A DNA stretch of 41,548 bases from positions 1 through 41,548 of the IMG/VR virus record IMGVR_UViG_3300008116_000184; one strand, given 5' to 3'. The number at the start of each line of letters is the position of its first letter. The first letter of the stretch is position 1. Source of the stretch: a virus (lineage: Duplodnaviria; Caudoviricetes). Below the pieces are notes generated by a model. The model was given only the letters and a program-made list of their open reading frames with translations, was not told the DNA's origin and did no database searches. This document shows positions 27,301 through 36,654 of the stretch, piece after piece. Both the position numbers and the translations under genes were made by a program.

Positions 27301-28920
27301 ATAAATGGCTTGGCTAATTTTCTTTTCAAATACTGATAAAGATTGGAACTTTGGGTCTTGTTGAAGTTGTTCAAAGGTTAATCCTTTTCCAAGTCTTACT
27401 AAGTCTTTAGAAACTAGTAATCCAATCTTCTGCATTATGCTATCTTTCCCAGCTCTTCCACCATAGAAATCTCCTACCCATTCACTAACCTTGTATAATT
27501 CATGGATAAGTTGTAATCTTTCTCTAGTAGGTAAAGTCTCGTTGTACTTTTCATTAATTTTATCTAAATTTTCTTCAGCTCTATCTACAAGTCTTGAAGC
27601 ATAATTTACAAACTCTACTAATTCTTCTACGTCTTTAATCTTGTCTAATCTTTTCTGCATTAAAGCTAGCTTCTCTACTGCAGTGTCATTCACATCTCCA
27701 GGAACTCTTTTAAGTTTGTCGATGCTTTCTTGTGTTACAATACGAACATCATCTACAACTTTCATAAAGTCTTCTTCTTTCTTAGTAAGCTTACTATCAG
27801 CCATTAAGAAAGTAACAGAACCTTTTAAATCTGCAGCAGTGTATCTTCTCTCCAAAAGCATTCGTGTAAGTTCTTCTACTGCAGATGGTTTTGCCTCTGT
27901 ACCGAATAACTTTGAAAGAGCTCTTACCACTCTATTGAATATTCTTTGAAAAATATTAGGATTGTCTCTTTTTATTCTAGCTCCACTTAAACCCATAGCA
28001 GTTACAAGAACTTCTTTTTCTAAAGCTTTTTCATCTAACTTTGGGTATGCTTTTTTAATTTCTTCGTAAAGGTTTGTAGTCTTTAACTCGTTGATAGCTC
28101 TAACTACTACAGGATGATCTTCCCCTAAAAGCTCTACAAGGATGTGGCTAAACTCATGGATGTGAGTATCTTCTGTCATCAACAGTGGGTTAAGTACTAT
28201 TGTTAATACTTGACCAGGATTGTTAATAACTCTACCCTTTACTTCAAGTGTAGGGTCTATTTTAACTTCAACATTTATCCCAACTTTTGCAAAATCAGCT
28301 ATAAGATTGTTGATATCTTTTTGAACAGAAGGCATTTCTGCTCTCTCCATATCCTCAAGATCCAAACGACTGTCCATGTCTTGGAACATATCTAACTGTC
28401 TAGCAGTTTCATTTGACATTCTCTTTGTCAAATTCTGCTCTGCATTAGTAAGTCTTAAATCTTCACGATTAAATGGAATTACTAAAGGCTTAAATGTATT
28501 CTCAAACTCATAGGCATTTAGAGCAAACTCGTATGGGTCTATTCTGTTTGGAAGTTTAGGGGCTATGTTTGGAGACAGAGACAGAGTAGCTTGTTCAGAA
28601 ATCTGAATATCGTAATTTGTCTGATTGTTACTCTTGTTTCTAAACGGTGTAATTTGTACAAGTTGTACAGGTGAACCATAATACAAAGCTGCAACGGCAT
28701 TCAAGTCAGCCACTTCTTGTAAAAGCACATCCTGCATTGCAGGAGAGATTCTTCCTGAAGAGCTTATCACTCCATCGTTGTAAAGCAAGTAGCTGATCCT
28801 GTTAGGATCTACTGTATCATTACTTGCTAATTGAGTGTCTATGTATTCAATAACCTTACTAGTAGTAGGAGATTTTCTTACATTTCCGTTTTCGTCTGTT
28901 TTAAAGAATCCACATGCCAT
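24367..28920 (-). CDS. Giant virion (ejection/cargo) protein with zincin-like motif
   Basis: Likely start ATG 28920 (MACGFF...); THIHEFSH with a downstream EKEVL; long helical body; hydrophobic segment plus poly-Asp near the C-terminus; downstream of the vRNAP as in crAss-like phages. Confidence 0.8.
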   Translation of the reverse strand: MACGFFKTDENGNVRKSPTTSKVIEYIDTQLASNDTVDPNRISYLLYNDGVISSSGRISPAMQDVLLQEVADLNAVAALYYGSPVQLVQITPFRNKSNNQTNYDIQISEQATLSLSPNIAPKLPNRIDPYEFALNAYEFENTFKPLVIPFNREDLRLTNAEQNLTKRMSNETARQLDMFQDMDSRLDLEDMERAEMPSVQKDINNLIADFAKVGINVEVKIDPTLEVKGRVINNPGQVLTIVLNPLLMTEDTHIHEFSHILVELLGEDHPVVVRAINELKTTNLYEEIKKAYPKLDEKALEKEVLVTAMGLSGARIKRDNPNIFQRIFNRVVRALSKLFGTEAKPSAVEELTRMLLERRYTAADLKGSVTFLMADSKLTKKEEDFMKVVDDVRIVTQESIDKLKRVPGDVNDTAVEKLALMQKRLDKIKDVEELVEFVNYASRLVDRAEENLDKINEKYNETLPTRERLQLIHELYKVSEWVGDFYGGRAGKDSIMQKIGLLVSKDLVRLGKGLTFEQLQQDPKFQSLSVFEKKISQAIYRMNLVEETYREIGIPLMADLLMEYSNDDVNDEIIKLIQNIKDNNRLVAIERDEEYNKIKNQKLAPADEFAALIALNIKQLENKKVTRQTLINELTEAQKDKSAFSYLLDPIIYSSQVGIQMFASMLKDKMYQANDETQDDIYELAEVYKNFEKSKGSGLNPNKFNEDVIEEVEYMTYNPETGQSEKTTLLSFVQEFDVTRYKRAESKMYEDLAKKYSKPVKGDEEIQEWLKNKVTVREYYKEVAKWYKENSVPSKDSQEKYNVLVDKLKTVRKKLLEESSKDKALIDTDKIQVLEVEQASLKSLMDKMYDSVNGQWKISAVRPNDSYKNPKYEALKKNAPAFEYYKGMMSFYYKKQKMLGNNNLAKNSWDKFSYILPSVRSEGLEKVQKDGAFTAAKDFVKDSFQFLSTDVNYGDAINANKEARAKTIPIFYTNPTDSKLVSRDIASSLILFGGMANMFKSKSEIIGSVMLMRDIIENREVQAVAADNNPLLHRMSKILKGTKMQTAGKGGNNFKHLSEWIDKIFFGEEELKSALNIFGRQISANKLSNKIASFTALANLAGNLLQSTNQMLLDNVRLMEEAHSQQFFNKKNMTWAKSIYHFTSNGGLGSLKDFKTFAPQTKIVQAIRYFDALGEVLGSTKEDKTGPRMLKLLQEGPMALQTIAEHETAVTRMLALMDSYRGKLKDKDGNVIKNEKGEDANLWDVFVKDEKTGRFGIDPKVVNFNRSRFMSKISGINKRTNQVKTKFDDAILQRRWYGKLIMLFRRYFIPSLRKHYGHNGLRGGIHRDLELGTISEGTMETMWRFMKETYKNAGNGVKVYKMMTDMEKQNMRRSAVSIAFWTLCALIVMSLSDDDDEDDSWFESFVIYEALRMQTELTQFVRPMEFLKTANSPTATVRPITKSIELIDMVAFQAIPSIFTGDTSELYYKRKSGIHEKGDSKLLAKFQALIPILGGIEKSSDPATASKWFDLPATATK

Positions 28921-28924
28921 AGTA

Positions 28925-28932
28925 CAAATATA
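28925..28932 (-). promoter_or_regulatory. Bacteroidota-type -7 element (CGTATATTTG)
   Basis: In the 17-nt intergenic gap, 4 nt before the ATG at 28920. Confidence 0.55.
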
Positions 28933-28937
28933 CGGTA

Positions 28938-31900
28938 TTATATTGAGCAAGACATATTTCCAGACTCAATTGGTAATTTTCCTCTGTCTAACAAGTATGT
29001 GCTGTTTCTCTCTATGTTGTTTTTAATCTGTGGAATTACTTCTTCGTTTGCTATTCTCATGTAGTTTAGCCCGTAAAGTTTAGTAGACCCCTTGGTTGTG
29101 AAAGTTCCTGTAAGCATTCCATACTGTGTCATAATAGATCCATCTCCAGCTGTTACTGGTCCAATTTTACCAAACACAGCACTTGTACCAACTTTTTGAT
29201 TTCTAACTATTATAAAGTTTTCAGTACCACTATCTAAAACAGTTTCTGTTGTTGACTTAAGTATATCACTGTTTACCCTTCTAACCAAGTTGCTCCCTCC
29301 AGCTCTCATTTTTCCAAATGCAGCCATGTAATTAACCATGTCTTGTGAATCAAAGTACTGGGACTGTCTAGCTTTAAATGATTCTTGTCTGAAGAAATCT
29401 AAGATGCTTATTCTGTTTTGAACTTCTATTCCAGGTTCTGATGGCCCTTGCTCAACCTTCACAGGAGTTGTGAAAAACTCTAAAGGAACAATATCAGCAT
29501 ATGAGCTAGCACTTTGTCTAAATCCATTTACAAAGAAGCTGTGCATTGCTAACTTTTCGGCAAAATCTTTTACTTCTTTTATACCTTCATTAACTTTTGG
29601 ATCAGTGTAGTTACCTTCACTATCCATTGTTTTATCTCCTGGTACATAGAATTGTGGGTTATACAATAGGTTGTATAATCCATCTGTATAAGATTGCTTT
29701 TCCCCTGCAGAAGTTTTAAATGTATTGTCAAACTTAATTCCATAGTACTTAGCTTCTGTATCTGTATCAGGCTCTAAGTTGGCTATAAATGGGTTTGTAT
29801 TTAATGCAGGGTACTTCGTCTTTAATCCTTGAAGTCTTGTATAGATGTTATCATTTGCTTTGTTGTACAAGCTTGACATGTTGTTCATAAGGGAAGCAAA
29901 TGGAGAACCAGGCTTCATAAGCATCATGAACATCAAGTTGTAATCAATCAACTGATGCATTTCAGGGGTTAACTCTTCAGTACTTACATTTCCTAATAGT
30001 TCTTTCTTGAAGACTTTGAATGATTCAGATAGTCTAGTAGGGAAGAACACACCTGCAAACTCAAGACCGTTTCTCAATAGATTCTCGTAACCTCTTTCCA
30101 TTCCATAGATAGATTTCTCTCCAATGAATTGGTCAGTAACGTTATCCATAGAAGTTGGTTCGAAGAATATTGGAGTCTTGAGAGAATCTTCACTCTGATC
30201 GAATGCATCAGCTCTATCTAAGTAAGACTGAATAGAACCTATTCGTCCCAATCCATCCATTGAATCTGGGGTTACTCTCTTTCCTAGTTTCATAAGAGCT
30301 GACCCAGCTTCGTAGAACTTCATAAAGTTAGCAAGCATCTTAAGTTGCTCATCTACATTTCTGTTCTCTTTGCTTAAGTTTTCTAACTCTGCAACATCCA
30401 TGTTGAATGTACCAGGCTTATTTAAATTTAAATAACCATTAGGGTCTTTGAGCTTTTTTCTAAAGGTCTTATAAGCTTGTTTTAAATCTCGTAAGTTTCC
30501 TGCTTTTGCAGTCTCAAAGTAATCTGTAAATTCTTTAATCAATGGTTGATTTAAGAACAAAGAACAGAATCTTGAAGAATACTCTGGGAAGAATCCTGAG
30601 AATAAAACTCTGATACGAGATGTTAAAACTGTATCGTTAAGTTCGTATTGTACAGGAAGTTTTGCAGCATCCACGGCAGCTGATAAAAATAGAGACATAC
30701 TTTTATCTGTTGGGTAAGATCTGCTTGTTTCATCAAATGGATTTTCAAAAGCAGTTTTTATGTAGTCTCTATATTCTACTCCGTTGATTTTAATAGCATA
30801 ATCGTTGTGCATTCTAACACTGCCGTGTTGTAACACGTTACGTGCAGCTAATGCATTTGCATAGATACCACGGAGTTTATTTCCAAGAGTACTACGACGA
30901 GCTGTAACAGCTTCTGTCTTGTAGTCACTCCAGTCTAATTCTTTTGCAAGTTCTGGGGACTTAGATTTAATCTCGTCCACAACAGTATTTAATGTAGTAT
31001 CATCAAGTGGAGTAAACACTTCTTTGAAGTGAGCAGGATTTGAGTACACTGCCTCCATCAAATCTAATATCACATTGTTAATCTGTTGATTAGACAACTT
31101 CGATAAGTTCTTTGACTTAAGTACACTTGCATAGTCTACAGATACTTTCTCTAGTTGCTTAGTCTCTTTATTAATTCTAACCTCTGGGAATAAGAGATTT
31201 AATTTATCGACGTCAAAGTCAGATCCCATCAACTTAACAAGTTGTCCTGGTACAACCACTGCTTTTGCATAATTATTTGGTAAGATTTTAGCAATCTTAA
31301 GCATAACTACAGAAGCTTTATCCTGATTAGGGATACGGTAACCTACAATTCTTCTAAGTTCTTCTGGGATAGAGTCTAAAGATTGTCCTGGCTGTATTCC
31401 AAACTTACGAGCTACGTCCTCACGGATCATAACTTCTGCATGGATTACCCTCTTACCATCTTCAGATATTTGCAAGAACTTCAAAGCACCACTTCCATCA
31501 GCTTCTGATCCTCCTAACTGTGTAACTTGAACTGCTTCAAACCCTTTAACTTTTTGTTTGAACACATCATTGTTTATTACAGACATTATGATGGACTCAT
31601 ACTTCTTGTTGTATAGAGGTATGTCAAGTGGAGCCACGAATCTAGGAGATCCATCGTTTTCAAATACGATATCTAAAGCTCTCTCATAGTTAGAGTGAAG
31701 CTCTTTTGTTCTAGCCTGCTTGAGTACTTTCTCTCTTACAGTTTTTAATACTACTAGTTTTGCTTCATTTATCTTGTTGATATCATTGCTTTCAGCAGCT
31801 GCATAAAGTTTAGTCAATCCAAACTCGTCTTCAACTTTCTTTGTATCTCTAGCAAGTTTCTCTTCTACAGCAGCATGGTAAAGGTCTTTTAATTCTTTAC

Positions 31901-34900
31901 CTGAAATTTCTGTATCTAGAATTCCAGGAGAGATTTGATATATGGTATCATCCTCAACATTGGCCACCATATTTTTTTTAATCTGACGATTGAGAGCATT
32001 TGTTGGATCTTCTTTTGCAGAAGGGATAAATTGTGGAAATCTTAATCCTGATGAAGAGTGAGTGTTAACCCCTGCTTCTCCAAGCAGTCCTAGTCTACCT
32101 GTATGTTTGTAAACGTTTCTCTTAGATAGTTTTTTACCAGATACAAAGTTTACTACATGTACTGGCTTTAATCCTTGATACTCTTCTACAGCTTCCATTC
32201 TACGACGTAAGTCTTCTAAGAATGGGAAGTTTGTAGTATATGATTTTAATAATACAGAGTAAGAGTTCTTTTGAGAGTCTATAGATAATGTTCTTCCAAC
32301 ATTGTTGTAAGACATTTTTTCGTAGTAACCTTTATGCCCCAATGTTGGGACTGGGTCTCCAACTTTTTTACCGTCAGGAACAAATCCTGGTTGGTATACA
32401 AACTCTCCTGTTACTTTATATGCTTTGTATGCTTCTTCATCTTCTCTCTCCCACTTTCCTAAACCTTGCATAATACTTCTATGCATATCCAAACTAATGA
32501 AAGCTTGAGCATCTGTAGAATCATATTTGCCTGGTCTAAATGCATCTGCAATAATTTTTGCTTCTGTGCTTGAGACACCACTTTTAACTAACCCATTATA
32601 GATATTTGTAGCCTGATCATTTGCTTCTTTTTCTTGTTCAGCATTTAGATTTAACTTAATATCTCTCATCACAATCTCATTGAACTCCTTCATCATTCCA
32701 TAAGATTCACTGATATCTCCAACCATAACCATTTTGGTTCCAGGAGTAGTCAAGTGGCCCATACGTTTGTAGAAGTCTTCTTGATTTTTATGTAGAGCTC
32801 TATTTCCACGGAATAGTTTTACTATTTCGTTTCTCATAATAGCATTTTCTACTACAAATCCTTTTAGCAATCCTTTTAAATCTACTCCGATAGCTCCACT
32901 CATTCCAATCTCTCCTACCTTCCCTGCTTTAGTCAACTCTGTTTCTAGAGCTAAAGCTTGTGCAGAAAAGAATTCAAGCATCTCATTAGTCATTCTATCT
33001 AAACGAGCATCAAATAGTTTCTGAGATTCTGCATCCATAGACTTGCCTACATAGTCCATAACCTTGTCACTCATCTGAGTAACTCCGTTCATTCTTGTAC
33101 CAGTTACATTCTCTGTTAAAGCTTCATCTGTTACTATGTATTTACCATCTTGGTTCTTAGCTCTGAATTGGAAGAAAGATTCTTTGAATGCATTACCAAG
33201 GTATTCTCCATTCTCTACAATTCTTGTAGGGTCTCCAGGAGCTGTGTGGTAACCTTCTTCTAAATCTGCATAATCTACTCTTCCATTTAAAGCTCCTCTT
33301 ACAACATCCTTAGCTTGTTTTACTCTCACTAAGTCTTGCACGATCTGAGCTTTAATCAAATCTTTATGTGACATGAATTGCTTAGAGAAAGCATTTTTGC
33401 TAATTCTAGGAACCTTTACAAATGTGAATTTGTCACGGTCTGATTGAACAGGGACAGCAATGTATGTATACTCACTATCTGTTCTGTTGTTAATGAAAGC
33501 ATTTATAAGAGTAACCATTGTATCGGCCTCTGAGAAGTCTTCATATGCAAGAGCTTCTTCATACTCTGATCCCATCTTGCTTGCATCAAAGTCAAATACC
33601 CCAAACTCTTCTAAGAATTTATTATCCATTAAATGTTTAAACAAGACACTTGTAAACTCAGGTCTTCCTTTTACATTGATGAATTCGTCTTTAAGATATT
33701 CTTTTAGTAACTGAGCAGAATTTTCAGATCTCTCTTTCAATATACTTACAATCTGAGCCATGTGTGTCTCAGTGTTTGTACCGTAGATTGCTTTTCCCTT
33801 TCCATTGACAAAGCTGATACCTGCAATAGGGATAGTTGATTTGAAAAGCTTTGCAAAATCTATAGCTGCAGATTTACGAGCAGTTATGAAATCTAAGTTT
33901 CTGTCATTCTTTACCCCTACAAACTCTTCAAGTTCTGATCCTTTCCCTCTAGTGAAATCTCCTACTTGACGGATGAATGATAGTACTTGGGTTTTAATAG
34001 TTCTCAAAGAATCTACCCCAGTCTTACCATCTATTCCATTATCAGCAATTGATTGTAATATTTTTTGTGTGTCTCCTACATTGGTATTGCTACCTACATA
34101 TAGACCTAATTCAAACATAGCCTGTGCAAGATGTTCTACAACAGGATTAACCTGTCCGTCTATACTAGCTACATTAACTACTCCAAATTTTGGGAGAAGT
34201 TTCTCAGCTTCTTTCCAAGCTTTTGCAGCTGCAATTACCTTATTCTTGTTAGTAGTAAGAACTTCTACAACCGTCCCATCCTCTTTAGTAACAACATCCT
34301 TTTTGTACAAAGCCATTCCATCTACTTCAGAAACAAGTGTATTCTTCCACTTCTCTGCAATAGCTGTTGGAATGTCTTTACGATTAGGATTGAAGACTTC
34401 AACGTAGTTTACTTTGTTATCTACCTTTTGCTTTAACATTACAAAGTCAGTATTGCTAAGTGCAAATGCAGAGAATATCATAGCCTTTTCAGAGTCTGAT
34501 AATTCGTTTAAAAAGTTAAGGACATTTCTTAAGTGAGGTCGTAGCTTTACTTCTTGCTTAAGAGCATTAACCATTGCAGTGTAAGTTTGCTTACCACTGA
34601 ATATGTTCAGCAATTCTTTGAATACAACATCTCTGTTTAAATATGTTTTAACCCCTAAGCTATTATATTCATTTGACATAATAGTAGATAGAAGTTCTCT
34701 TACTCTTGCTGTAAGTCTTTTTGCAGGACTAATCTCCATACTACTTTGTCCGTATATTTTCCCTACTGCTTCATCGATGATTGCAAATTCATCATTCAAT
34801 TCATCTAATTCATCCTCAGCCTCTGAAGGAGTTTCTAGGTCAGTATCGTATTTAAACTTAGAGTCAATGTATATTCCAGCATCTGTAAGTCTGTTTACCA

Positions 34901-36641
34901 ATGCTGTTCTCCAACCTTCTTGAATAATATTTCCAGATTTAGACTGTACTACATCTCCCCAAGTGGTGTATATGTTTTTGTAAACTGTTCTTTTACGTAG
35001 ATTGTCCCCCATTGCAAAAACTAAATTGTTTTTAGCAAGTATATCTCTAAGAGCTTGTAGATTTTCTGGAGATTTATTTTCTGTATAGACTTCTTCAGCA
35101 GCTATAGTTTCAATCATTGCAGCATAGTCTGTTGTCATATTTAGACTAGACCCGTCTGCTTTAGCATATATTTTTGTTAAAAATGAGTTTGCTATTGCTC
35201 CTTTATTTTCTCCAGATCCTAAAGCAACTGATGAGTCAAAAGTATCTTTATAGTCTTTTCTCATCTTTAAGAAATCCGTATATAAAACATCGACAGCATC
35301 TGTAATAGTTTGACCCCCCATTCCAGGACGGGTCAAATAAGCTGTCTTTGGTCCTACAAACTTTTGTGGGTTTCTCATTACTCCTCTACCAAGAATAGAA
35401 GTGTTCATTCTATTGCTTTCAATCAAAGAGTAAACCTGCTTTAGTCCTACACTGTCTGTGAACATTGCTTTGATGAAGTTCCAAAGATCTTTAAAGAACT
35501 TAGCAATTTTACCAGGAAGAGATTTTTCAGTAGCTTGATCAGTAAGAACGTAGTCTCTAAATTCTTCTGACATCTTCTCTTCTAGTACAAGCTTAAAAGC
35601 ATCTTCATTAGATATGTTTGGGAATTGCTTTTTAATATCAGCTATCTCAGCATCAGTAGGTGTCCCAAAATTCTTTTCAGCTTCTGCATACAATTGCTGT
35701 CTCTGTTCTTCACTAAGCATTGTTCTGAATACTAAGTGGTAAGCTTCGTGGTATTCTGTGCCTACTTCAGCAGCAGACCATAGGAACACAGAAGCATTCT
35801 CTACATATCCATGAATTTCTTGGCCTCCTACAGACTTAGCTGTTTCAAATATGCTAACAGAATTCTCTCCAAATCTTTCTGCTACCCAAGCTTTTGCCTT
35901 TTCAGCATTTATTGTTTGAGTAGATGATACTTGTGCACTAGTTCTAAATGCTTTATTGCTATTTACAAACTTTTGAAATCCTTTTATATCTTGTTTATTT
36001 CCTAATATATGAATTTGTTCTGGTTCAAACACTGTAATATTCTCTGCCCTTGTTATTGATGGTGATATTATGCCATCATAATTATTAGCTAATAAAGACT
36101 TTTTATAATTTCTGTAAGCTTCACTTTTTTCTATTAAACCTTGTACATCTTTAAATTTAGTAGATAGAATACCTGGTTCATTAACTATCTTTTTAATGTT
36201 TAATATTGCTGGATATTCTTGTTTCCATTCTAAATTTCTAGATTTAAGTAATTCTTTAAACTTTGTTTTATCTGTAGTAAAGAAAAACCCTAACCAGCTA
36301 TCAAAATCTCTTGTATTTGTGCTAATAAATTTCTTGTCAAATTTTTCAAATTGAGCATTACTTAGATGATATACAATATTTTTTACTTTACTATCAGGAA
36401 ATATAGAATCTAAATATTGAGAATATTGCTCCTCATTTCCAATAGCTTTTAACTCAGGACTAGATTGAAACAAGTCACTTACACCTGACTTAATTTGGAT
36501 TTGTTGAGGAACAGTTTGTACATAAAACATAGAAGGCACATTGCCTCTGTATTTATCCCAAAGGAAGTATGCTACATTTTCACCTTGTGCACTTACAAGG
36601 TTTTTCCATTCTTCAGAGTTTATGTTTGGACAAAATGCCAT
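28938..36641 (-). CDS. Virion-packaged DNA-dependent RNA polymerase (crAss-like, phi14:2 gp66-type)
   Basis: GYRIPNQ and GSDFDVDKL (31206-31220) catalytic motifs; DSTDAQ; N-terminal ART-like module and HEAYH zincin-like domain. Confidence 0.93.
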   Translation of the reverse strand: MAFCPNINSEEWKNLVSAQGENVAYFLWDKYRGNVPSMFYVQTVPQQIQIKSGVSDLFQSSPELKAIGNEEQYSQYLDSIFPDSKVKNIVYHLSNAQFEKFDKKFISTNTRDFDSWLGFFFTTDKTKFKELLKSRNLEWKQEYPAILNIKKIVNEPGILSTKFKDVQGLIEKSEAYRNYKKSLLANNYDGIISPSITRAENITVFEPEQIHILGNKQDIKGFQKFVNSNKAFRTSAQVSSTQTINAEKAKAWVAERFGENSVSIFETAKSVGGQEIHGYVENASVFLWSAAEVGTEYHEAYHLVFRTMLSEEQRQQLYAEAEKNFGTPTDAEIADIKKQFPNISNEDAFKLVLEEKMSEEFRDYVLTDQATEKSLPGKIAKFFKDLWNFIKAMFTDSVGLKQVYSLIESNRMNTSILGRGVMRNPQKFVGPKTAYLTRPGMGGQTITDAVDVLYTDFLKMRKDYKDTFDSSVALGSGENKGAIANSFLTKIYAKADGSSLNMTTDYAAMIETIAAEEVYTENKSPENLQALRDILAKNNLVFAMGDNLRKRTVYKNIYTTWGDVVQSKSGNIIQEGWRTALVNRLTDAGIYIDSKFKYDTDLETPSEAEDELDELNDEFAIIDEAVGKIYGQSSMEISPAKRLTARVRELLSTIMSNEYNSLGVKTYLNRDVVFKELLNIFSGKQTYTAMVNALKQEVKLRPHLRNVLNFLNELSDSEKAMIFSAFALSNTDFVMLKQKVDNKVNYVEVFNPNRKDIPTAIAEKWKNTLVSEVDGMALYKKDVVTKEDGTVVEVLTTNKNKVIAAAKAWKEAEKLLPKFGVVNVASIDGQVNPVVEHLAQAMFELGLYVGSNTNVGDTQKILQSIADNGIDGKTGVDSLRTIKTQVLSFIRQVGDFTRGKGSELEEFVGVKNDRNLDFITARKSAAIDFAKLFKSTIPIAGISFVNGKGKAIYGTNTETHMAQIVSILKERSENSAQLLKEYLKDEFINVKGRPEFTSVLFKHLMDNKFLEEFGVFDFDASKMGSEYEEALAYEDFSEADTMVTLINAFINNRTDSEYTYIAVPVQSDRDKFTFVKVPRISKNAFSKQFMSHKDLIKAQIVQDLVRVKQAKDVVRGALNGRVDYADLEEGYHTAPGDPTRIVENGEYLGNAFKESFFQFRAKNQDGKYIVTDEALTENVTGTRMNGVTQMSDKVMDYVGKSMDAESQKLFDARLDRMTNEMLEFFSAQALALETELTKAGKVGEIGMSGAIGVDLKGLLKGFVVENAIMRNEIVKLFRGNRALHKNQEDFYKRMGHLTTPGTKMVMVGDISESYGMMKEFNEIVMRDIKLNLNAEQEKEANDQATNIYNGLVKSGVSSTEAKIIADAFRPGKYDSTDAQAFISLDMHRSIMQGLGKWEREDEEAYKAYKVTGEFVYQPGFVPDGKKVGDPVPTLGHKGYYEKMSYNNVGRTLSIDSQKNSYSVLLKSYTTNFPFLEDLRRRMEAVEEYQGLKPVHVVNFVSGKKLSKRNVYKHTGRLGLLGEAGVNTHSSSGLRFPQFIPSAKEDPTNALNRQIKKNMVANVEDDTIYQISPGILDTEISGKELKDLYHAAVEEKLARDTKKVEDEFGLTKLYAAAESNDINKINEAKLVVLKTVREKVLKQARTKELHSNYERALDIVFENDGSPRFVAPLDIPLYNKKYESIIMSVINNDVFKQKVKGFEAVQVTQLGGSEADGSGALKFLQISEDGKRVIHAEVMIREDVARKFGIQPGQSLDSIPEELRRIVGYRIPNQDKASVVMLKIAKILPNNYAKAVVVPGQLVKLMGSDFDVDKLNLLFPEVRINKETKQLEKVSVDYASVLKSKNLSKLSNQQINNVILDLMEAVYSNPAHFKEVFTPLDDTTLNTVVDEIKSKSPELAKELDWSDYKTEAVTARRSTLGNKLRGIYANALAARNVLQHGSVRMHNDYAIKINGVEYRDYIKTAFENPFDETSRSYPTDKSMSLFLSAAVDAAKLPVQYELNDTVLTSRIRVLFSGFFPEYSSRFCSLFLNQPLIKEFTDYFETAKAGNLRDLKQAYKTFRKKLKDPNGYLNLNKPGTFNMDVAELENLSKENRNVDEQLKMLANFMKFYEAGSALMKLGKRVTPDSMDGLGRIGSIQSYLDRADAFDQSEDSLKTPIFFEPTSMDNVTDQFIGEKSIYGMERGYENLLRNGLEFAGVFFPTRLSESFKVFKKELLGNVSTEELTPEMHQLIDYNLMFMMLMKPGSPFASLMNNMSSLYNKANDNIYTRLQGLKTKYPALNTNPFIANLEPDTDTEAKYYGIKFDNTFKTSAGEKQSYTDGLYNLLYNPQFYVPGDKTMDSEGNYTDPKVNEGIKEVKDFAEKLAMHSFFVNGFRQSASSYADIVPLEFFTTPVKVEQGPSEPGIEVQNRISILDFFRQESFKARQSQYFDSQDMVNYMAAFGKMRAGGSNLVRRVNSDILKSTTETVLDSGTENFIIVRNQKVGTSAVFGKIGPVTAGDGSIMTQYGMLTGTFTTKGSTKLYGLNYMRIANEEVIPQIKNNIERNSTYLLDRGKLPIESGNMSCSI

Positions 36642-36654
36642 TGCTTATTTTATT

